In this document: positions 16,767 to 24,000 of the stretch, piece by piece | How the letters are laid out: the number at the start of each line of letters is the position of its first letter | Numbering within the stretch: the first letter of the stretch is position 1 | Assembly: GCA_937919435.1 (NCBI GenBank) | Contig: CALFRR010000082.1 | Location: forward strand, 11,184-35,183 | Source: an uncultured Alphaproteobacteria bacterium | Lineage (GTDB): Bacteria > Pseudomonadota > Alphaproteobacteria > Rhizobiales > Ancalomicrobiaceae | Direction: 5' to 3' | DNA: 24,000 bases | Notes under the pieces: generated by a model | What the model saw: the letters and a program-made list of their open reading frames with translations, nothing else | What the model was told of the DNA's origin: nothing | The model's database searches: none | Program-made: the position numbers and the translations under genes

Positions 16767-17345
16767 TCAGCGCGGCGCGCGTTTGGCGAGAATGCGCTGG
16801 AGGGTGCGCCGGTGCATGTTGAGCCGGCGGGCGGTCTCCGAGACGTTGCGCTCGCACAGCTCATAGACCCGCTGGATGTGTTCCCAGCGGACCCGATCGG
16901 CCGACATCGGGTTTTCCGGCGGTTCGGCACGGTCGTCGCCCGACCGCAGCAGCGCCCGCATCACCTCGTCGGCATCGGCCGGCTTGGAGAGATAGTCGAC
17001 CGCACCGAGCTTCACCGCGGTCACCGCGGTGGCGATGTTGCCGTAGCCGGTCAGAACCACGGCGCGGGCCTCGGGGCGACGATCGCGCAGGCGCTCGACC
17101 ACGTCGAGCCCGTTGCCGTCGCCGAGCCGCATGTCGACGACCGCATAGGCAGGCGGCTTCTGATCCACCGCGGCCAATCCTTCGGCGACGGAACCCGCCG
17201 AGGTCACGGCAAAACCGCGTGTTTCCATCGCCCTTGCCAACCTCTGGAGGAAAGCCTTGTCGTCCTCGACGATCAGCAGGGATTTCTCGGCGTCGGCGGC
17301 TTCCGAAACCGGCTGTTCCGTCATCGCCGTGGCCCGTCCTTCCAT
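16767..17345 (-). CDS. regA: Redox-responsive response regulator RegA/PrrA/ActR
   Basis: The receiver domain reads LLIVEDDKAFLQRLARAMETRGF...AVVDMRLGDGNGLDV...LTGYGNIATAVTAVKLGAVDYLSKP. It is followed by the nearly invariant HTH NVSETARRLNMHRRTLQRILAKR. I place the start at ATG 17345 (GGAGAA 6 nt upstream). ATG 17324 is an alternative. The track's extension to 17459 has low GC3. Confidence 0.92.
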   Translation of the reverse strand: MEGRATAMTEQPVSEAADAEKSLLIVEDDKAFLQRLARAMETRGFAVTSAGSVAEGLAAVDQKPPAYAVVDMRLGDGNGLDVVERLRDRRPEARAVVLTGYGNIATAVTAVKLGAVDYLSKPADADEVMRALLRSGDDRAEPPENPMSADRVRWEHIQRVYELCERNVSETARRLNMHRRTLQRILAKRAPR

Positions 17346-17481
17346 GGGTACTTCTCCGTGTCGGTCATCCGACCCCCGGTTATGCCTCCGGGCAGCCCGG
17401 CGTTGCTTCCGGGTCGACGGATAGTATGGCCAAAACCCCGTCGGAACAATCCCTGACATTCATGGCGGGGATGTTCCTGCC

Positions 17482-18831
17482 TCAATCGTCCGTCGTAGTG
17501 AAATTCGACGAGCCGACCGATTCCGCGGCCGTCTCCATCCGGCTGCGCGGCCAGACGATGCGGATCCGCGCGCCCCGATCGGGCGCCGGACGGTTGCCGG
17601 TCTCGATCCTGGCACCGGAGCGCACCAGGAAGGTGCGGGCGATGAAGAAACCGAGCCCGAGCCCGCCACCGACGTCGGTTCTCGGCTCGGCGTCCGGCGG
17701 CCGGCGGGTGGTCACCCAGGGCTCGCCGAGGCGGGCGGCGATCGCCGGGGAGAAGCCGGGGCCGTCGTCGGCGATCGTCACCTCGACCTCGCGCTCGTCC
17801 CAGCGGATCGTCAGTTCGATCCGGCTGCGGGCGAAGTCGACGGCGTTCTCGACGATGTTCGACAGCCCGTAGAGGATCGCGGCGTTGCGGCGGCCGACCG
17901 GCTCCGACCCGATCCCGCCGCTGGTCACCGCGATCTCCGGGCCGAGGTCGCGGAACGGGGTGATCGCCTCTTCGACCAGTTCGCCGATCGACTGGCGGAC
18001 GAAGTAGGCGTCGGGGTCGGAGCCCATCGAGGAGAGCTTGCGCAGGATCTCGCGGCACCGCTCCGACTGCGAGCGCAGCAGGGCCGCATCGTCGGCGAGC
18101 GGCGAGCCGGGCGGCAGTTCGCGTTCCATCTCGCGGGCGACGACCGCGATGGTGCCGAGCGGCGTCCCGAGCTCGTGGGCCGCGGCGGCGGCGAGACCGT
18201 CGAGCGCGGTCAGATGCTGTTCGCGCTGCAGGACCAGTTCGGTCGCCGACAGGGCTTCGGCGAGACGGCGCGATTCCTCGGCGACCCGGAAGGCATAGAG
18301 CGAGGAGAACGACAGGGTGAGCAGCATGGCGAGCCAGATGCCGACCACGTAGAGCGCCGGCAGGCTCGGCGCCACGCCGTGGCCCCAGGGCAGCGGCATG
18401 TGCCAGACGGCGAGCAGCGTCACCACCACCGCCACCACCACCCCGAGCAGCGCCGTCGACCGCGGCGGCAGCGAGGCCGAGGAGACCAGCACCGGCGCCA
18501 TCAGCAGGAAGGCGAAGGGATTCTCGAGCCCGCCGGTCAGCCACAGGAGCAGCGCCAGTTCGATCACGTCCCAGCCGAGCAGCACCGTCGCCTCGGTCGC
18601 CTCGAGCCGGTGGATCGGCGAGTAACGCCGGCGCAGGACCACGTTGAGCCCCACCGAGGCCGCGATGGTGGCGAAACAGGCGAGCGTCGGCAGCGGAAAG
18701 CCCAGGCCCCACCGGACGAAGACGACGGAGACCGCCTGCCCGAAGATCGCCAGCCAACGCAACCGGACCAGCGTGTCGAGCCGCAGCGAACGCGCCGAGG
18801 TGTCGGACAGATCGGCCAGTGTCTTGAACAT
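17482..18831 (-). CDS. regB: Redox-sensing histidine kinase RegB/PrrB/ActS
   Basis: The 449-aa product has six N-terminal hydrophobic segments. The quinone-site heptapeptide GGLENPF (GGxxNPF) lies at 18514-18534. It also has the H-box AAAHELGTPLGTI, the redox-box cysteine in SERCREIL, and N/G boxes (NIVENAVDF, DDGPGF, GGGLGLGFF). Confidence 0.92.
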   Translation of the reverse strand: MFKTLADLSDTSARSLRLDTLVRLRWLAIFGQAVSVVFVRWGLGFPLPTLACFATIAASVGLNVVLRRRYSPIHRLEATEATVLLGWDVIELALLLWLTGGLENPFAFLLMAPVLVSSASLPPRSTALLGVVVAVVVTLLAVWHMPLPWGHGVAPSLPALYVVGIWLAMLLTLSFSSLYAFRVAEESRRLAEALSATELVLQREQHLTALDGLAAAAAHELGTPLGTIAVVAREMERELPPGSPLADDAALLRSQSERCREILRKLSSMGSDPDAYFVRQSIGELVEEAITPFRDLGPEIAVTSGGIGSEPVGRRNAAILYGLSNIVENAVDFARSRIELTIRWDEREVEVTIADDGPGFSPAIAARLGEPWVTTRRPPDAEPRTDVGGGLGLGFFIARTFLVRSGARIETGNRPAPDRGARIRIVWPRSRMETAAESVGSSNFTTTDD

Positions 18832-18943
18832 CGCGCTCTCGCCTCTCCCCTGCCGGCCGCGTCTTTCCCGTGACCGTCCGAAAGCCTATACATCGCGTCG
18901 CGGGCGGGAACCACGCCCCTCCTCCGGATCCCGGTCGGTTGCG

Positions 18944-19723
18944 ATGATCGTCGAGCCCACGCCCGCCATTCACGTCGACGGCCTGACCAAGTGCTTCGGC
19001 ACGGTCAGGGCGGTCGACGGCGTCTCCTTCTCGGTCGGTCGCGGCCGGGTGCTGGGGCTGCTCGGCGGCAACGGCGCCGGCAAGACGACGACCATCGGCA
19101 TGTTGATGGGGCTGATCCTGCCGGACGCCGGCACGGTCACCATCCTCGGCCGCGACATGCCCGGCGAGCGCGCCCATCTGCTCGAAGCGATGAACTTCGA
19201 GAGCCCCTACGTCGACATGCCCCACCGGCTGACGGTGCGCCAGAACCTGACCGTGTTCGGCCGGCTCTACCGGGTCGCCGATCTCGCCGAGCGGATCGCC
19301 CGGCTCGCCGCCGACTTCGAGCTGGAGCCGTTCCTCGACCGCCGCTCCGGCCAGCTGTCGGCCGGCCAGAAGACCCGGGTGGCGCTCGCCAAGGCGCTGC
19401 TCAACGAGCCGCGGGTGCTGCTCCTCGACGAGCCGACCGCCTCGCTCGATCCCGACACCGCCGATTGGGTGCGGACCCGGCTCGAAGACTTCCGCACCAG
19501 GGCCGACGCCACCATCCTGCTCGCCTCGCACAACATGCCGGAGGTCGAACGGCTCTGCGACGACGTGGTGATCCTCGCCGGCGGGCGGGTCGAAGATCGC
19601 GGCGCGCCCGCCGAACTGGTCCGCCGCTACGGCCGCGAGACGCTCGAGGAGGTGTTCCTCGACGTCGCCCGCCGCCGCCGTGCTCCGGCCGCCGAACCGC
19701 AGGAGGAGGCGGAGAGCCCATGA
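18944..19723 (+). CDS. ABC transporter ATP-binding protein (ABC-2/DrrA-like)
   Basis: Motifs present: Walker A GGNGAGKTT, signature LSAGQKTR, Walker B LLLDEPT and H-loop ASHNM. The start ATG 18944 has only a weak SD, so it is less certain. The stop overlaps the next start as ATGA. Confidence 0.85.
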   Translation: MIVEPTPAIHVDGLTKCFGTVRAVDGVSFSVGRGRVLGLLGGNGAGKTTTIGMLMGLILPDAGTVTILGRDMPGERAHLLEAMNFESPYVDMPHRLTVRQNLTVFGRLYRVADLAERIARLAADFELEPFLDRRSGQLSAGQKTRVALAKALLNEPRVLLLDEPTASLDPDTADWVRTRLEDFRTRADATILLASHNMPEVERLCDDVVILAGGRVEDRGAPAELVRRYGRETLEEVFLDVARRRRAPAAEPQEEAESP

Positions 19724-20550
19724 CCCCGCGCCCGCTCGCCGACTCCACCGCCGCCGGTTTCTCCGTCGTCCGAATCGGGGCGATGGTCCTGCGCTACTGG
19801 TATCTCCTGTCGAACTCCTGGCCACGGGCGGTCGAGCTCGTCTACTGGCCGGCGGTGCAGCTGCTGACCTGGGGGTTCGTCCAGCTCTGGGTGGCCCAGA
19901 ACTCGACCTTCTTCGCCAATGCCGCCGGCCTGTTCATCGGCGGACTGCTGCTGTGGGACGTGCTGTTGCGCTCGCAACAGGGCTTCGCCTTCGCCTTCCT
20001 GGAAGAAATCTGGTCGCGCAACCTCGGCAATCTGTTGATGAGTCCGCTGCGGCCGAGCGAATTCATCGTCTCGCTGATGGTGATCAGCATCATCCGGCTG
20101 GCGATCGGCGTCACCCCGGTCACCTTCCTGGCGATTCCGATGTTCGGCTACAACATCTGGGGACTCGGGCTGCCGCTCGCCGCATTCTTCGCCAATCTGG
20201 TGATGACCGGCTGGGCGATCGGCCTCGTCATCATCGGCATCCTGCTGCGCCAGGGGATGGGAGCGGAAGCGCTCGCCTGGTCGCTGATGTTCCTGATGAT
20301 GCCGCTCGCCTGCGTCTACTATCCGGTGTCGATGCTGCCGTGGATCCTCCAGCCGGTCGCCTGGGCGCTGCCGCCGACCTGGGTGTTCGAGGGCATGCGG
20401 GCGATCGTCATCGACCACACCTTCCGGGCCGATCTGCTCGGCATCGCCTTCGCGATGAACGTGGTCTGGCTCGGCGGCGGGGTCGTCGTCTTCTACCGCC
20501 TGCTCGCCGGAGCACGGCGCGCCGGTACTCTGCTCCAGCAGGGCGAGTGA
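19720..20550 (+). CDS. ABC-2 type transporter permease
   Basis: The 276-aa product has about six hydrophobic helices. ATG 19720 overlaps the ATPase TGA (19721-19723) and is preceded by AGGAGGAGG...GGAGAG. The substrate is unknown. Confidence 0.82.
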   Translation: MTPRPLADSTAAGFSVVRIGAMVLRYWYLLSNSWPRAVELVYWPAVQLLTWGFVQLWVAQNSTFFANAAGLFIGGLLLWDVLLRSQQGFAFAFLEEIWSRNLGNLLMSPLRPSEFIVSLMVISIIRLAIGVTPVTFLAIPMFGYNIWGLGLPLAAFFANLVMTGWAIGLVIIGILLRQGMGAEALAWSLMFLMMPLACVYYPVSMLPWILQPVAWALPPTWVFEGMRAIVIDHTFRADLLGIAFAMNVVWLGGGVVVFYRLLAGARRAGTLLQQGE

Positions 20551-20555
20551 CGTTT

Positions 20556-20574
20556 CCGCTTTGCAGCAAAAATC
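20556..20574 (+). promoter_or_regulatory. Repeat copy 1, CCGCTTTGCAGCAAAAATC, containing a 7-of-8 match to CTGC-N3-GCAG
   Basis: This is one copy of an imperfect direct repeat; the other is at 20621-20640. It is unusually A/T-rich for this genome and lies in the 144-bp gap upstream of phaZ. Confidence 0.35.
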
Positions 20575-20609
20575 TCGCCGGCTTACGACCAATTGTCGAT
20601 CTCCGGGCT

Positions 20610-20637
20610 TTGGACTCGCGCCGCATTGCAGTAAATA
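20610..20637 (+). promoter_or_regulatory. Candidate sigma-70 promoter for phaZ
   Basis: TTGGAC (20610-20615), a 16-nt spacer, then TAAATA (20632-20637), about 58 nt upstream of the phaZ ATG. Repeat copy 2 occupies the spacer and the -10 element. Confidence 0.3.
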
Positions 20638-20640
20638 ATC
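20621..20640 (+). promoter_or_regulatory. Repeat copy 2, CCGCATTGCAGTAAATAATC, containing a 7-of-8 match to CTGC-N3-GCAG
   Basis: It aligns with copy 1 at 17 identical positions (CCGC[T/A]TTGCAG[C/T]AAA[-/T]AATC). The copies are 65 bp apart, start to start. Confidence 0.35.
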
Positions 20641-20694
20641 GATTTATCCAGCAAGAGCGCCGTCGTGTTCGTGCCGCAGCGAGGTCGGAACGCC

Positions 20695-21933
20695 ATGTTC
20701 TACCAGTTCTACGAATTGAATCATGCTGCGCTGCGACCGGTGCGAGCCGCCGCCGAAGTCGGTTGCGCCGCCTTCCGCAGTCCCTGGAACCCGCTCGCCG
20801 GCACCCCGGTCGGGCGTTCGATGGCGGCCGGGTTCGAACTCTTCGAGCGCACCACCCGACGCTACGGCAAGCCCGCCTTCGATCTGCCGACGACGGTGGT
20901 CGACGGCCGGGAGGTGGCGGTGGAAGAAAAGGTGGTCTGGCAGAAGCCGTTCTGCCAACTGCTGCATTTCTCTCGGGATCTGCCGGCGGGGCGCGCGCCC
21001 GAGCCGCGGCTGCTGCTGGTCGCGCCGATGTCGGGCCACTACGCGACGCTGCTCAGAGGCACGGTCGAGGCCCTGCTGCCCGATCACGAGGTCTTCATCA
21101 CCGATTGGGTCGATGCCCGGATGGTGCCGCTGTCGGAGGGACGCTTCGATCTCGACGACTACGTCGACCATCTGATCGAGATGCTGCGGGCGATCGGTCC
21201 GGGCGCCCACGTGATCGCCGTCTGCCAGCCGTCGGTGCCGGTGATGGCGGCGGTGTCGCTGATGGAGGAAGACAGCGACCCGTGCTCGCCGGCGACGATG
21301 ACACTGATGGGCGGGCCGATCGACACCCGCATCTCGCCGACCGCGGTCAACAAGGTGGCCCACGGCAAGGGCCTCTCGTGGTTCGAGCGCAACGTGATCA
21401 TGCGGGTGCCGTTCCCGCACCCGGGCTTTCTGCGGGAGGTCTATCCGGGCTTCCTCCAGCTCGGCGGCTTCATGTCGATGAACCTCGACCGTCACGTCGG
21501 CGCGCACAAGGAGTTCTACCAGCACTTGATCGAAGGCGACGGCGACAGCGCCGACAAGCACCGCGAGTTCTACGACGAATATCTGGCGGTGATGGATCTG
21601 ACCAAGGAGTTCTATCTCCAGACGATCGAGACGGTGTTCCTCGAGCACCTGCTGCCGGAGGGGCGGATGACCCATCGCGGCCGGCCGGTGCGGCCGTCGG
21701 CGATCCGGCGGACGGCGCTGTTCACGGTCGAGGGCGAACTCGACGACATCACCGGTCCCGGTCAGACCCAGGCGGCGCACGCGCTGTGCACCAATCTCCC
21801 GGCCGACAGGCAGATGGACTGGGTGCAGCCCGGCGTCGGCCACTACGGGGTGTTCAACGGCTCGAAGTTCCGGCGCGACATCCGACCGAAGATCGCCGAT
21901 TTCGTCCGTCGTCACGCCCGTGAGCAGGGCTGA
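20695..21933 (+). CDS. phaZ: Intracellular polyhydroxyalkanoate (PHB) depolymerase PhaZ
   Basis: The 412-aa product starts MFYQFYELNHAALRP, the typical intracellular PhaZ N-terminus. It also contains LLLVAPMSGHYATLLR, DWVDARMVP, CQPSVPVMAA and GELDDITG...Q. The start is ATG 20695; the track's 20665 start is 10 codons further upstream. Confidence 0.88.
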   Translation: MFYQFYELNHAALRPVRAAAEVGCAAFRSPWNPLAGTPVGRSMAAGFELFERTTRRYGKPAFDLPTTVVDGREVAVEEKVVWQKPFCQLLHFSRDLPAGRAPEPRLLLVAPMSGHYATLLRGTVEALLPDHEVFITDWVDARMVPLSEGRFDLDDYVDHLIEMLRAIGPGAHVIAVCQPSVPVMAAVSLMEEDSDPCSPATMTLMGGPIDTRISPTAVNKVAHGKGLSWFERNVIMRVPFPHPGFLREVYPGFLQLGGFMSMNLDRHVGAHKEFYQHLIEGDGDSADKHREFYDEYLAVMDLTKEFYLQTIETVFLEHLLPEGRMTHRGRPVRPSAIRRTALFTVEGELDDITGPGQTQAAHALCTNLPADRQMDWVQPGVGHYGVFNGSKFRRDIRPKIADFVRRHAREQG

Positions 21934-22029
21934 TCGGCACGGCCCCTCTTGCCGAGACGACCGGACGGTTCCATCTCTTCGGGGGACGGCGCGGCGGGAC
22001 GATCCGCCCGCGTCGTCCGGAGATCGTCC

Positions 22030-22335
22030 ATGTCGATGCGCCCGTTCGGCTCGGTTCACGTCTCGCTGCCGTCGATCGCGGTGGCCGTACTGGGGTTCGC
22101 CGTCGCCTGGCCGATCGGCGCCGCCGCCGTCTTCTACATGCTGTTCGGCGAACGTCTCGGGTTGCGGCCGCGGGTCCGGGACTTCTGCACCGGCCTCGGC
22201 CGCGGGCTGACCCAGGGCTCGTGCAACTGCGGCCCCTCGGTGTTCTTCGACGGCCGCGGAAGCTGTGCGCTCGCCCCGCGCCGGCAGGACGAGCCCGACC
22301 GCACGCAGCGCCCCGACCGAAGGCCGGACAGGTGA
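22030..22335 (+). CDS. Small (101 aa) single-pass membrane protein with a Cys-containing, charged tail; the N-terminus resembles DUF2852
   Basis: ATG 22030 is preceded by GGAGA with 6-nt spacing. The TM helix is LPSIAVAVLGFAVAWPIGAAAVFYMLF. The tail carries four Cys (FCTG...SCNCG...GSCA) and ends [20 protein letters not shown]3 of the last 18 codons is 17/18 in this frame, against about 65% in the overlapping frame. The stop overlaps the next gene's GTG as GTGA. The DUF2852 resemblance is from memory and covers only the TM segment. Confidence 0.55.
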   Translation: MSMRPFGSVHVSLPSIAVAVLGFAVAWPIGAAAVFYMLFGERLGLRPRVRDFCTGLGRGLTQGSCNCGPSVFFDGRGSCALAPRRQDEPDRTQRPDRRPDR

Positions 22336-23093
22336 TCCTCGGCATCCGCCGTCGCCTCCCGCCGCCGCCCGAACGGGTGACGGTCGATCTCGGCGGCCGC
22401 GAGGTCGCGGTGAAGATCCACGTCTCCGCCCGGGCGGTGCGCTTCACCCTGCGCCTCGCCCACGGCCCCGACGGACCGGTCCTGACCCTTCCCACCCGGG
22501 CCCGCTTCGAGGAAGCGCTCGAGTTCCTCGACCGGCACCGCGGTTGGCTCGCCGATCGCCTCGCGGTGCGACCGGCGGGGACCCCGTTCCGGGACGGGAC
22601 CGTGCTGCCGATCCGCGGGGTGCCGCACCGGATCACCCATCGCCCCGATCGCCGCGGCACCGCCTGGGCCGAGACGGACGACACCGGCGAGGCCGCTCTG
22701 GTGGTCGCCGGCGGCATCGAGCACCTGCCGCGGCGGGTGCGCGATCACCTGATCCGCGCCGCGCGGGCCGATCTCGCCGCCGCCGTCGCCCGTCACACCG
22801 CGACCCTCGGGGTGAGGGCGACGAAGATCCGGATCAAGGACACGCGGTCGCGCTGGGGCTCGTGCACCGCGACGGGCGAACTCTCCTTCTCCTGGCGGGT
22901 GGTGCTGGCACCACCGTCGGTGCTCGACTATCTCGCCGCCCACGAGGTCGCCCATCTGAAGGAGATGAACCACTCCCACCGCTTCTGGCGGCTGGTGCGC
23001 GACACCGGGGTCGAGGTCGAGGCGAGCCGGCGCTGGCTGCGCCGCCACGGCGCCGAGCTGCATGCCTACGGGGTCGACGGCGAGATGCCCTGA
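22332..23093 (+). CDS. DUF45/YgjP-like M48-family metal-dependent hydrolase
   Basis: The C-terminal motif is WGSCT...[37 protein letters not shown] (HExxH...NH). The N-terminal region ...[18 protein letters not shown]... is typical of the family. I place the start at GTG 22332, because the upstream part of the track ORF (22221-22331) has low GC3 and is the alternate frame of the small membrane protein gene. Confidence 0.82.
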   Translation: MILGIRRRLPPPPERVTVDLGGREVAVKIHVSARAVRFTLRLAHGPDGPVLTLPTRARFEEALEFLDRHRGWLADRLAVRPAGTPFRDGTVLPIRGVPHRITHRPDRRGTAWAETDDTGEAALVVAGGIEHLPRRVRDHLIRAARADLAAAVARHTATLGVRATKIRIKDTRSRWGSCTATGELSFSWRVVLAPPSVLDYLAAHEVAHLKEMNHSHRFWRLVRDTGVEVEASRRWLRRHGAELHAYGVDGEMP

Positions 23094-23166
23094 GTTTCGG
23101 CGGTTCGCCGCTTGGCCGGGGGGCCTCCGGCCTGCTAAAAGCGGCTCGCTCGAAGGAGGACGTCCC

Positions 23167-23760
23167 ATGCGCAGCGCCACCGTCGCCCGTCAGACCAAGG
23201 AGACGGAGATCACCGTCACCGTCGACCTCGACGGCACCGGAGTCTTCGACGTCGCCACCGGCGTCGGCTTCTTCGACCACATGCTCGAACAGCTCGCCCG
23301 CCATTCGCGGATCGATCTGACGGTCCGGGCGAAGGGCGATCTGCACATCGACCAGCACCACACCGTCGAGGACACCGGCATCGCGCTGGGGCAGGCGATC
23401 CGTCGCGCGCTCGGCGAGATGAAGGGCATCACCCGCTATGCCGACGTCCATCTGCCGATGGACGAGACGCTGACCCGTTGCGCGATCGACGTCTCCGGTC
23501 GGCCGTTCCTGGTCTTCGAGGTACCGTTCACCGCGGCGAAGATCGGCGACTTCGACACCGAACTGTTCGAAGAGTGGTTCCGCGCCTTCGCCTTCAACGC
23601 CGGACTGACGCTGCACGTCACCACCCTCTACGGCCGCAACAACCACCACATGATCGAGAGCGCCTTCAAGGCGCTCGCGCGGGCGCTCGGCGCCGCGGTG
23701 GCGATCGATCCGCGTGCCGCCGGACAGGTGCCCTCGACCAAGGGCCGGCTCGGAGACTGA
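23167..23760 (+). CDS. hisB: Imidazoleglycerol-phosphate dehydratase
   Basis: ATG 23167 is preceded by AAGGAGGA. The 197-aa product contains [48 protein letters not shown] and [17 protein letters not shown]. Confidence 0.95.
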   Translation: MRSATVARQTKETEITVTVDLDGTGVFDVATGVGFFDHMLEQLARHSRIDLTVRAKGDLHIDQHHTVEDTGIALGQAIRRALGEMKGITRYADVHLPMDETLTRCAIDVSGRPFLVFEVPFTAAKIGDFDTELFEEWFRAFAFNAGLTLHVTTLYGRNNHHMIESAFKALARALGAAVAIDPRAAGQVPSTKGRLGD

Positions 23761-23763
23761 GGG

Positions 23764-24000
23764 ATGGCGATCTTCACCGTACACGCACCGCCGGGCGACC
23801 TCGCCGAGGCGATCGCCGCCGACCGGGTGGTGCTGGTCCGCGAGGGCTTCTCGTGGTGGGCGCTGGTCGTACCGTTCCTGTGGGCGCCGATCCGGCGACT
23901 GTGGCTGGTCCTCGCCGGCTGGATCGTCGCGACCATCGGCTTCGAACTGGTCGACCTGTTCCTCGACCCGACCGTGGCACTGATCGGCAGCGCGGTCTTC
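23764..24000 (+). CDS. DUF2628 membrane protein, N-terminal 79 codons; continues past the right edge
   Basis: My translation from ATG 23764 reads MAIFTVHAPPGDLAEAIAADRVVLVREGFSWWALVVPFLWAPIRRLWLVLAGWIVATIGFELVDL.... This gene sits just downstream of hisB in many alphaproteobacteria. Confidence 0.7.
   Translation, partial: MAIFTVHAPPGDLAEAIAADRVVLVREGFSWWALVVPFLWAPIRRLWLVLAGWIVATIGFELVDLFLDPTVALIGSAVF

Noticed and set aside
17346-17459. An N-terminal extension of regA (track start at 17459), and a 27-codon ORF from ATG 17463.
   Set aside because: GC3 is about 60% and the sequence is basic and low-complexity. The RegA receiver domain begins just after ATG 17345, which has a GGAGAA SD.
23114-23132. 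The GGCCGG...CCGGCC hairpin after the YgjP-like gene, and the CCCGGC...GCCGGG hairpin at about 16703-16730 after mmcB.
   Set aside because: Both are short GC stems with no adjacent U-run. Such stems are common by chance in this composition, so I do not call them terminators.
1-24000. A search for mobile elements, defence systems, CRISPR repeats, tRNA/rRNA genes and GC-skewed islands.
   Set aside because: I found no transposase, integrase or phage-like translation in any frame. There are no regularly spaced direct repeats and no tRNA T-arm (GGTTCGAAT-type) matches with a proper stem. The gene order (rpsT, mutM, ubiE, ubiB near dnaA; hisB-DUF2628) is conserved core synteny, so this window looks like ordinary chromosome backbone.

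Overview
This is a high-GC chromosomal segment of alphaproteobacterial type, close to dnaA, and it is almost entirely core housekeeping. I call 24 protein-coding genes. On the minus strand at the left: dapB (partial), dnaA, a single-domain rhodanese, rpsT, a crotonase-family enoyl-CoA hydratase and mutM. On the plus strand: ubiE-ubiB and a DUF4202 gene. Then a convergent HI0933-like flavoprotein with a candidate 52-codon upstream ORF, wrbA, and a 1130-aa LplT-acyltransferase-acyl-ACP-synthetase (Aas) fusion. Next come an ArsB/NhaD-type cation antiporter followed by mmcB, the redox two-component pair regB/regA (actS/actR type), an ABC-2 exporter pair and an intracellular PHA depolymerase. The right end holds a small membrane protein translationally coupled to a DUF45/M48 (YgjP-like) metallopeptidase, then hisB and the start of a DUF2628 gene. 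I found no rRNA, tRNA, CRISPR array, transposase, integrase or phage genes. The many very long extra ORFs in the track are antisense or alternate-frame artefacts of the GC-rich composition. I see no clear novel multi-gene system. The best leads are small-scale: (1) the unannotated upstream ORF plus a perfect 9-bp inverted repeat at the flavoprotein/wrbA divergent region; (2) PhaR-like CTGC-N3-GCAG-type boxes upstream of phaZ and of the crotonase gene; (3) the coupled small membrane protein and metallopeptidase pair; (4) a roughly 600-bp gene-free, GC-depressed spacer between the rhodanese gene and rpsT. All functional calls rest on my own motif and family recognition from the translations, with no database search.
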